Source: Lama glama (taxonomy: Eukaryota). Taken from it: DNA of 64,000 bases. The notes under the pieces are model-generated. The model was not told the DNA's origin and did not search any database. It was given only the letters and a program-made list of their open reading frames with translations. The stretch is taken from NCBI GenBank assembly GCA_028534125.1, contig CM052817.1:79548001-79612000 (forward strand), in the 5' to 3' direction. Numbering within the stretch: position 1 is the first letter of the stretch; each line of letters starts with the position of its first letter. Of the stretch, positions 27,101 through 39,100 are shown piece after piece. Position numbers and translations under genes: made by a program.

Positions 27101-30100
27101 TGGGGGAATAAACTTATAAATGCATTAGTGTCCATGCATTATGGATAGAAGATTATACTCTGGGTTTCTTTCAGTTTTTATTGTGTTTTAAGCTGCCTTA
27201 ATTTTTTTTTTTGGAACTATATGGGATATGAACACATACTGTGCTGTTTTGCTACTTTGTATATATGATCTATTATAAAATTTTACATTTGCCTTTATTT
27301 GTAAAGTGAATGATTAAAATTACAGAAAGGATTTTGTAAGTCCTTCTATTTAGACTTGGAGTAAATTATATGATATGCTGTAAATGGTAATAGTTTTGCT
27401 CTCTGTTTTAGCATTCCTACAGAAATTTCAGGAAACAGCCCTGTGTCTCCTAATACTCAGGATAAGTCATTAGGTCAGTCTCCTCTGAGATCTCCTTTGA
27501 AACGACAGGCCTCTGTATGTTCCACCCGACTTGGAAGTACCAAGAGCCTTACTGCTGCTTTTTATGGGGACAAGCAGCCTGTTACAGTTGGAGTCCAGTT
27601 TAGTAGTGATGTCTCCCGAAGTGATGAGAATGTCCTAGACTCACCAAAGCAGAGAAGAAGTTTCGGTTCATTTCCATACACACCATCAGCAGACTCTAAT
27701 TCCTTTCATCAGTATCGATCGATGGATTCCAGCATGTCCATGGCTGATAGTGAAGCCTACTTTTCTGCAGCTGAAGAATTTGAGCCCATTAGCAGTGATG
27801 AAGGCCCTGGAACTTATCCAGGTAGAAAAAAGAAGAAAAAGCAAGCCCAGCAGATTGACTACAGTAGGGGTTCCATATATCACAGTGTAGAAGGACCACT
27901 TACTGGCCCTGGAGAAAGCATTCAGGATGCCCGAACTCTACCTTTCAAAACTCATCCTTCCCAAGCTTCCTTTGTTTCTGCATTAGGTGGAGAAGATGAT
28001 GTTATAGAACATTTGTATGTTGTAGAAAGTGAGAAAACAGTAGAGAGTGAACAGATTACTTCTCAACAACCTGTGATGAATTGCTATCAGACTTACCTTA
28101 CACAGTTCCAGGTAATTAATTGGTCAGTGAAGCATCCAGCCAACAAAAGAACCTCTAAGTCTTCGCTGCATCGGCCTCTCGATCTGGATACACCAACCAG
28201 TGAAGAAAGTTCATCATCGTTTGAACAGCTTTCTGTTCCAACTTTTAAGGTATGAGCCAAATCATTAGTTTCCACTGATAAATTTATTTAGGAAGATGAG
28301 TATTACTCTCTTGATCATTTTAGCTGCCTTTCTGAAAGATAGAATTCCTCAAGTCATGGCTTCATACATGACAGTAGGCCTCAGGGTTATTGAAGAGTAT
28401 TATAAATTTAGGCATATAAAATTGAGGAATAGTTTCAGACTTGATTGTCACAATATTAAGAATTAACATATAGTCTGTGTCTCCATTGTGCTGTAAGGTT
28501 GTCTGAATTCATATTGTCTGTGTCTTAAAAGTAAAATTTTGAAGTTCTTTTTAATAATTAGTGTTCTTTCTATTAATCCATAACTGCTTCTATGTAGATC
28601 CAGTTCTCCACACTTAATATTTGAGATCTTATAATTTAGTATGAATTGATTATTGTTCATCTCTGTAATATATTCTGTAAGTTGCTTTTTAAAGGAAAGC
28701 TAAAAAGTCAAAATATTTAGTAATAATACTTAACATGGAAGGATTTTTATAGAATTATAAATTTTAAGAGGGCTTTTTATGATTTTGAAGACCAAAATTG
28801 AGCATATAAAATCTTACTGAACTGATTCAACAATTCAAGAATCTTATGTGGTTTATACTTACATTTGCATATATACTTATTTTTAAAAGACACATGCACC
28901 CCAGTGTTCATAACAGCACTATTTACAATAGCCAAAACATAGAAACAACCTAAATGTCCATCGATAGATGACTGGATAAAGAAGCTACGGTATATTTATA
29001 CATTAGAATACTACTCAGCCATAAAAATGACAACATAATGTCATTTGCAGCAACATGGATGTCCCTAGAGAATATCATTCTAAGTGAAGTTAGTCAGAAA
29101 GAGAAAGAAAAATACCATATGATATCATTCATAAGTGGAATAAAAAAAAAACAGAAGACAAATGAACTTAAATATAAAACAGAAACAGACTCAGAAACAT
29201 AGAATACACTTGTGGTTGCTTGGAGAGGGTGTGGGTAGAGATAGACTGGGAGTTCGAGGTAAAATACTGACAGGTATATACAGACTAGATGAACAAGTTT
29301 ATACTGTATGGCACAGGGAAATATAGTCAAGATCTCATAGTGGCTCATGGTGAAGAAGAGTATGGGGGTGAATGTGTGTTCATCTACGACCGAAAAACCG
29401 TGCTGTACACCAGAGATTGACACGGCATTGTAAACTGACTATAACTCAATAAATAAAAAGAAAAAGTAAAAAATTGAACTAGTCAAAAAAAAGTGTCTAA
29501 ATGTTAATATACTCATTTAAAATTCAGATATTTATTATATACTACTGTGTGACAAGCATTTGATGTTCAGTGGCAAGGGTAATGGATATAGTTTATAGTG
29601 TGAAGCACTTGGCTTTTAAGCTTTCGTTGTATGTAGTCTTCTACTCTCATTGCTGAATCTTTGCTGCCCTGCTCTGTTGTTTCTCTGAATAATCAGAAAA
29701 TGAAATTGCCAATTGAATATTTTCTGAATTTATCTGTTAAACATTTATGTCATATATCAAAATCATATTAACAGGGTAATTTGGATATTCACAAATATCA
29801 GCTGATAGCATAAAATTAGAGAATAATTAATGTTAAAATTCTAGGCTGTAAGTAATGTTTTTATATTATTCTAGGTTATCAAACAGGGGCTCACAGCTAA
29901 CTCTTTACTAGACAGAGGAATGCAACTTTCAGGATCAACTTCAAAGTAAGTTAAAATTACATACTTTTGAGGTTTAAAGTCAGTCTTTCTTGATTATGAG
30001 ATAATGTAGAGTTTATTCTGAAGAATAGCCACTCTTTACTTGACTATAGTCTTTATTTTATGAATAAATTGCCCCAAATAACTCAACTCTGTTGTCTGTC

Positions 30101-33100
30101 ATAGCTTTGCCTATTTGTATAAAGAGTCAGTAGCATTTCTTTTAGACGTACTATGCAAACCATAACTTGACATGTCAAAATTAGAAACTAACAAGAATTC
30201 AATATTGTAATTTTCGTATATTGGAAAAGCCTAATCAAGTAAATACATTAACAAAATTTTTTATCATTTGATACATTAACCATCTTTGATCAGTTTGTAT
30301 TTTAGTGCCTCATTTGTCTTGTCCTCCAAGAGTATTTGGGATGTAAAATATCTAATCCAATTCCATGAAATTTTTAGGTGAAATAAATATAAGTTTAAGT
30401 TAAAATCAGTGTAACTCATTTTAAGGAAGCTCCAATTTCTATTCTTTTTCATGGTCTTTTTAATATATACTTTGCTTGTTAAATTATATAGTACACCATA
30501 TACTCCTCTGGATAAGAAAGCCGTTGATAATACAGATGATGAAACATTAACAGAAGAGTGGACCCTGGATCAGCCAGTCTCTCAGACCAGGACAACAGCC
30601 ATAGTTGAAGTCAAAGGAACTGTTGATATTGTTCTGACTCCCCTCGTGGCTGAGGCTTTAGACAGGTATTAATTTTGTCTAAAAAGACAAGTACTATTTT
30701 ATAAAATAATAAATGTATGTAATATGGTTAGTATATGTGATATAATATTTTCATAAAATAGAATGTTGATGATGGCTATTTTGATTGAACAAAAATGAAA
30801 ATATGTTTTAAAAGGTCTATATTTTAGTTATCATTTGTTACTTTTTCAGCCTAAATAATTATGTATTGCAATTTTATAATCATTATATTGCATTATATTT
30901 TTTACTTTTTGATTTTGGGCTGATGAGCATAAAATGATCAAACACCCAGGAATTATTAAGTTTGATATTCTTACTGCTGTCTAGTTAATGAAGGAATAAA
31001 GCAGAAATTTCTGTTCTGCAAGGAGATTATAGTCTATCTAGGGAGACAAAAATAATGTGAATAAAATCTGGTATGGAACAAAATGGAATAATTTAGATAG
31101 ACCAGATCATAGTGTTAAGTGATATTAAAATGTTTCATTTACTGTTTTTCTTCCCACAGGTATATTGAAGCAATGGTTCATTGTGCCAGTACCCGACATC
31201 CAGCTGCCATCGTAGATGATCTCCACGTCAAAGTCCTCAGGGAAGCTGTCCAAAATAGCAAGACTACCTTCTCAGAAAATGTAAGAACTTTTTATTCAGT
31301 GAGTGTGGCAAATTGAGTTTTCTTCACATGCACATAATATCCAAAGTTGAAAATACTTGAATATGTTTAAATTTTATTAGATGTTTAAACTGGAATACAT
31401 GGACATTCTATATAGTCTTTATATGTATGGCACTGGCTCCGTAAGAGATAGCATCTATAATTATACTATGTATTAAGTAGGAGTAAAATATTAATTAAAA
31501 AGTAGTGTTATTTTTTCTTTTATTTTGAAAGTAGCTTAATCCTAAGCTTTTCCTAAAGGGCTTTGCCTAAGTGAATGAGCATTCTTTAGGACTGGTACAT
31601 TCATTTTCTAAGAAAGCAAAGCTGCATATTATTTTGGCTTTCCTCTAGAATTAGATAACTTGTATCTTAATACTTTTGAGATTATTTTTGTTCACCTCAG
31701 GGAATCCAGTCACTCCGCTGGTGTGTGATATTCTAATGCTGTACTCCTGGTCATGAAGCCAGTTTCTTAGTGGTCATGTCCTGGTGCTCATCTTGTGATT
31801 GTCCACTTGACTTTCAAATTTATCTGTATCATATTTGGACTAGGGATCAGAGGCAAAGTGAAGGTGACGCTGATTATTTTTAGTGATCTAGTTATTCAAA
31901 ATATATTGGCATTTTGTGTGATAGGTAGTTGGGGTCAAGGAGTATAAATCAAAAGAAATTTGAAAATATTCCCAGCCAGCAAGGAGCTAAGTATCAGAAA
32001 CCAAATCTGCTCTCAAGTAGGTAGAATTTAGTGATCCTAAAAACATACCTATTATTATTATACATTTTTTTTTCTGTCTGTTTTTGTGTGGGCTAATTTC
32101 ACTTTATTATGTATCACTCCTCTCAGCCCTGGGCTGCCAGTCTATTTTCTAGCTTTTCTTAGGTTTGGACTTTAAGACTAGGGGTGCTGAACCAGGTGGC
32201 AGCTGGTACATAGATGGGTATAGAGGAGCACAGTGAACAGCAAGCTGCTGTTGTGGATGATGTGGAAGTTATGAAAGGCCTGTGACATAATAATTCTACC
32301 TCAATCTTTTTAGCTATCTTCCAAACAAGATGTTAGAGGAACAAAAACTGAGCACCCTACCATAGGAATGACTAACCAAGGACAAGCACAGACAAATCTT
32401 ACAATGAAGCAAGATAATGTAACAATTAAAGGTCTACAGGCTAATGTTAGCATCCCAAAGGTAACAATTCAGTATTTTAAAACATTTTCTGAAAGAGAAT
32501 ATTTTGGTAGTTTTTATCTTTTGTATTTGCTAAACTGAATGGTGATGGAATAGATTGTAATATCAAAAATATGTATTTTATTTCCTTGATGATCTAATAT
32601 AAAGAATTAATGTAATGTAAATAGTTTACTTAAGCAAATTGTTGGATAAGATTTACTAAAATATTTCACATCCATCCAGTAAGAATTTAATTATTATTTT
32701 ATGAGAGTCTGTATTTATAAGCTTTGCCCTCATTACTCTCAGACACATAGATATACCATTTCTAACAGTAGTTTTTCATTTTCCTGTATGTCTTATGTGT
32801 AAGTGATAACTTTTTACTTTTCACCTCTGAAATATGTGACATTTTGTGTGTTAGGTGAACTTATGTTTGTTACAAGCCTCAGTGGAAGAATCCCCAAGTA
32901 CAGCTCCTAGTAGAAGTGTGACTCACGTTTCCCTAGTAGCGTTGTGTTTTGACAGAATTGCTACACAAGTTCGTATGAACAGGTAAGAAAGATTTTATTA
33001 ATTTGAGCCAGAATTATCTTGCTGGGTGTAAAAGCAAGCCTTAATCATCTTTTTAATGCATTTCTGAAAATTCTAATGTTAAAACTCAAAACTACTATTG

Positions 33101-36100
33101 GAATTTCATATCTCGCTTTGTAAATTAGCAAAGTAGGTTTTAAAAAGTTTGTACTGTTTTTATTCATACCGTCTTTCAGTAAACACTGAAAATTTTGTTA
33201 TTAATATTGGTTTAATTAAAACAGTGAAATGGTTTAAACACTAGTTAAATGTTTTTACTGGACTATATTATTTAAATGTTAACCATCATATTCTGTCTTT
33301 TTTCATAAAGAGGAGTGGTTGAAGAGACTTCAAACAATGCAGACCCTGGGAGAACATCAAATTTTGATAGGTATGTCCATGCCACTAAGATGCAGCCTCA
33401 GTCATCTGGATCTCTCAGGTCAAATGCTGGAGCAGAAAAGGGCAAAGAGATTGCGGCCAAGTTAAACATCCATCGAGTTCACGGGCAGCTAAGGGGTCTT
33501 GATACAACAGGTAAGATTCTACAACATGGTTTTTCTTTGACATGTGTAAATGTAAGAGGATTTTACAAAAGAAAACATTATAATGTTTTCCTTTGAATAT
33601 TGCTATAATTTGAGTATTTTATAAGAAAGAGAAAAGTATTTCTGTTAATATTGAACACATAGTGTTTAGCTATACATTACTCACATTCTACACAGAATGG
33701 AAGGTAGACTTTAGTAGGAAGGTATGTGATACAGAAGTCCCAAATTAGGAACTGCTTCTGTCTCCCATCTGTTTTCTTCGTGGTACCTATTTGTTCATTG
33801 TAGAACAGAGATGATCTTTATAGTCTTTCTTTTAAAATTACTCTATTGGCAAAGCTTTGTTAAAAAAGAATTCATTGTGATATCAAGGATAGTCAAATCT
33901 GTAAATATAGCAGCAATAAGAATGATAGACATGGTTGTGCTTCTTAAAAGTCCCTGTGAGGTAAAAGAGAAGACTAGAGATATCATGTATCCTTTCAATA
34001 TTTTTTATTCACTTCGGTGCATATGCTCATTTAGAGGCTAAATGATCCTAGATTGTCAGAGACTGAACCCAGAAAAAATTGAGTTTACTTGTCTTACTTG
34101 AAATGATTGCCATGCTGAAATCTGCATGATAGGCTGGTGACCAGTCCTGAATGAGCAAATGATTTCCTTGAATGTTCTCACTGTATTCTGTAGGCGCTGA
34201 AGGTTCCATGGTTCCTGTCTGCATCCTGGGTCTGTATAACTGCTGTGGCTTTCTCAAGGCTTATTTCACCATCCTTACGTTTGAGGCCCAAGGATTGTAC
34301 CTGAGAGTGCCAAAAAAGAGATCTTTCATGACTACCTGAGATCTGTAGTCCTAAAGCTCATTCAAAATACAGTGGCTTGAGTATAAGAGACGTTCTCAGC
34401 TCTGTAGTTTGCACTGGTAGCCAGTTTGCACTTGGGTGTTTTATCGACCATAAGCAGTAACTGAATATAATTTTGAAAGGCACATCATCCAAAAAAACGA
34501 TCAAAGACAAAACTCCCAATGAAATTCCAAGGTGGATATTGTGTAAAAATGCAGGGAAAAAAATGTAAATGTCTTTGCTTATGTGTACACAAAATATCTG
34601 TGAAAGGAGACTCAATAATCTAATGATACTTGTTACTTATAGGGAGGAGAAGTAGATGTCTGAGTGTGGTGTTAAGAGGCTTTTCGTTGTATACTCTTTC
34701 ATACTTTTTGGAACTTTAATCTATGTCAATGTATTATTTAATAAAAATTTTTAAATAAAATTCAAGTTAAAGCCTCACTTTATACCGTACATCAGAATAA
34801 GTTCATGGAATTAAAGACAAATATAAAAAAAAATGAGAACCATTATAGAAAGTTATAGGTGAAAATTTACTCTCTGTTCAGGGAAGACTTTCTAATCATA
34901 AATTCAAAATATAGTATTTTCATATGGTGAAATATTATATAGCTATTAAAATAATATCTTTGAAGCATATTTAATGAACTGAGGAAATTATCATGGTTGA
35001 CTGTTACATGACAAGTGGGGACCAAAGCTGGGTTTTTATTTTTTAAAATGATCTCTAAAGGGCTAGAAGGAAACTTTCTTCAAATGTAAACAAGTTATCT
35101 CTGGGTAGTGAATTTACATGTGTTTTTTAATCTTCTTTTTGCTTTTCTGTACTGATTAGCTGTATTCAGAGAAAGAAATAGAAAAAAGTGAGATAAAATA
35201 AAAACCTCTGCCAGACACCCAGGAAGTTAGTTTCCATATTGCATATTGAAAGCGATGGAATTATGGTGATATCTGTGATGAATTGTAGTTATATAAAATA
35301 TATTGGCAAAAAGCAATCTTTTAGAAAAAGCTGTAGTTTTCCTGGAAAATAATGTTTTTCCTAAGGCTAGATAACTAAAATTCTTTTTTTTGTAAAATGA
35401 TGAGAAACTATTTAAAAATAGTTTACTTATGAAGCTGAATTATTCAGGAGCTTTTAACTTTAGGTTTTGAGAGTACCCTGTAAGCTTTCAGAAATGAATT
35501 TACCCTGTCTCTGAGCAGTTAATTTGCTAATTATGGAACCTTGTTTTCTTCCTCTTAACTTCCAACATGATTCTGGCACTTATTTTAAGTAGTAAGACAT
35601 TAGGCAGAATTATTTTAGAAATTAGTTGGTTCATTTGTTTATTTTTCTTTTTGGTAGAATACTGAAATATCTTTTAAGACAACCGCTGTACCAGATGTTT
35701 GCATTATTTGTTGTTTTTTAAGAAAATATACAAACCTCTGTCTTTAAAAATGCTCATTTTGTTTCCTTTTGATAATAGATATCGGTACCTGTGCCATCAC
35801 TGCTATTCCCTTTGAGAAGTCCAAAGTTTTATTTACTCTTGAAGAGTTGGATGAGTTTGCTTTTGTGGATGAAACTGATCAGCAAGCTATTCCGGATATA
35901 ACTCGAATAGGTCCCAGCCAAGAAAAATGGGGTTGGATAATGTTTGAATGTGGACTTGAAAATTTAACCATAAAAGGTAAGCTTTTTTTTTTTTGAATTC
36001 TACTTAAGCTGGGAACAAATTGGTCCCACATTGCTGAAATATTTTAATCGTGACTTTCAATAACCTGAATCAGCGTTTTCAAGCAGAAAGTGTGGTACCT

Positions 36101-39100
36101 GGGATTATTTACTAGAAGTTGGTGCCCCGCCCCAGCTGTATAAGTGGAATTTTATGAAATTGTGTGATTCAAAACTAGCAGAGCATCTAGACGTACAAAG
36201 CCTCAGTGCCTGAGCAAAACAGTGTGATTCAGAAAACATTCCTGAATAAATATGAAGCCTCTTAACTTTTGGAAGTTTGTGTTTTTGGAAACTGGAGTTT
36301 TGATTTAGTAGAGCCTTGCCATATAGGATGAAAATACTGTAAATCCTTTATTCAGTGATACTGACTGACTTACATTTATTTTCTTTTACATTATTGACTA
36401 ATATAGTAAAATAGGAAGGCTAAATTGTATATAAACCTTTTAGGTTTAGTCATGTATCCTAGTAGTATGCCTACAATTCATAATAGTATATGCCTACAAT
36501 TCATTACCTGATAATTCAATATTGTATCACTTTTATAGATAGGAGCAAAGTTTTGGTGAGAAAAAAACTTTATGAGATTTTTATTTTTTATTTTTATCTT
36601 TATGGATATTGAATACAGCATTGAGACATCCAGTATTTTTAATAAGTAAATTCTTTCATTTTTATAGGAGGAAGGCAGTCTGGTGCTGTTTTGTATAATA
36701 CTTTTGGAATTATGGGTAAAGCAAATGTCACAGAAAGTGGTGGAGCGCTGACATCCAATAATTCTTCTGATTCTCCAACTGGCAGTGGCTATAATACTGA
36801 TGTCTCTGATGATAATCTTCCTTGTGACCGAACAAGCCCTTCTTCAGACTTAAATGGAAATTCTGTTTCTGATGAACAAGTTGGTGAATTTCTAATAATA
36901 ATGATAATTTGGGAAAATAAAACAGAAAACCATATACCAATTCACATTTAATTTCTGGAGTATATTTGCTTGTCTTTCATAGTATGGATTTTGCTTTAAT
37001 GGTAGTCAGGACCTCTTGGTGATTGTATTCTACTAGAGTATAATTGCCAAAAGGCAGGCATTGCATTGTAGATACATGTATAGCCATCATAGTACCTTGC
37101 ATAATGCCTTGCTTATATTAGGCACTTAATAATATTTGTTGAGTTAATGAACTAATAGAATTTCAGAAAAGCAGGCTTTGTTTTTATGTTGTTTAAAGGA
37201 TTTTAGCAGAATTCATTTTTAAATAAATAGTTTTGTTACTCATAGTATTTCACATAAGTTTAAAATATTTTTGTCAATACCTACCTATTTCAGTTAGAAG
37301 CCTGAAGAATATCTTATATGCAGCTCATTATTTTTATTATGGTATTATTTCATGGTGATGGATATGGTAACAGCCATATCTAATAATGAAAATATTCAAA
37401 ATTCTAGATTACAGAATTGTGCTACTACCTGATTGGTGGCCTCAGGCAAGCTTTTTTTAACTTCTCTTAAGTTTCAGTAACAGGAGTATTGTAATGATAG
37501 TGACCTTCTAGAGTTGTGAAGATTGAAGGAGGCGGTACATATGGAATATAGAAGGCTTAACTTTGGTGTCTAGGGCATAGTAAGAACTTGGTAAATGTTG
37601 TTCTTAAACACACAAACATACATATGTACAATTCTGATCATTTGAAAATTAGACCAATTGAGGAGGAAAGAAACTAACTTTTAGTAAGAAATGTCATGGG
37701 TGTCTACTATTCATAGGCATAATCACCTCCTCAGGTATCTGGAGATTTAATTTTGAAACATTTATTTTGATTTGATGTATAGTCCAGGATTTTAATCACA
37801 GTCTTATGAGGTCTTTGGAAGTATTTGAGAGGTGGGTGGGGATTAGCACTTTAATTAAGGTAATTAAAATATATAGCAGCTGTTCCCTGGACAAAGAGCT
37901 GGGAAGAACTTAACCTGTTCTTTCCCTCTCCTTCACCCACTAAAATAGTTGACAGAATGTCAGGTGTCTTCCTTGATTTCCCTAATCCTGTTCTCCTTGC
38001 TCAAAGTCCTCAAATTTTGTAACATTGCTTTCTTTGGTCTCTGACTTTTCTTGGTCCATTTCCTGATACAGTTCATTGTCCTTTTTAAATATGTGTGTTC
38101 TCCCCACATTCTGTTCTTGGCTAGTCTTCTTGCTCTTTGTGCATCCTTGCTTCATTTCCTAGTCCAGCTCCATAATCTGTTAACACTGCTTTCCCATTGG
38201 TTATGCTTTCAGCACCAACCCTTCACCTAAGCTTCAGAATTGTATCCAATAGTCTTTTAGGTATCATCATTTAGATGTATTATAGGAACCAAAAATTCAG
38301 TCAATCTAAAACCAAGTTTATTACTACTTTACTTGCTTATTACGTACAAGTCCCTCTCCCTTTTTTAAAGTTCAATTTCCTCTAGACTGTCTTGTATATA
38401 TTTGTATACTCAGTGCCTGGCTCACAGCCCTTGTTTGAAACACACTGAGCCAGATGTGTTTGAGAATTTAGATGTTTTCTTTTAAAAGAAAGGAAATATG
38501 CCCTACCCCTATGTTGCCCCTCCCCTCTTTCCTCTCTTTCCTCTCTTACACTAGTAACCACTACTGTGTTCTCTCCATCTGTTTCTTTTTTTTTTATTCA
38601 CTAGTTTGTTGTACTTTTTAGATTCCACATATAAGTGATTTAGAGATACAAATTATCATGTATAATAAGCTACAAGGACATACTGTACAACACAGAGAAT
38701 ATAACCAATATTTTGTAATAACTATAAATGGAGTATAACCTTTAAAAATTGTGCATTACTATATTGTACACCTGTAACTTATATAATATTGTGTGTCAAC
38801 TATACCTCAGTAAAGAAATATTTTAAAAATACAAGCAAATATGATGTGTTTGCTAAATGCTGCATAAACTCCTAGTGGAATCTGAGATAGTACTGCATAT
38901 TGAAATATTTGAATATTTCTGCAGCATGACATTAATAAAAACACCAACTGGGATAAACAGTCTCTCATCAATTCATATCAGATTTTGATGCCACATTTAT
39001 AAAAACAGATTTAGATTTTTCAGAATGTTGTGGATTTTTGAATTGCAGATAAGGGAATGTGGACTTATATCTAATGTCTGCTAACTTTAAAATTACTAGG

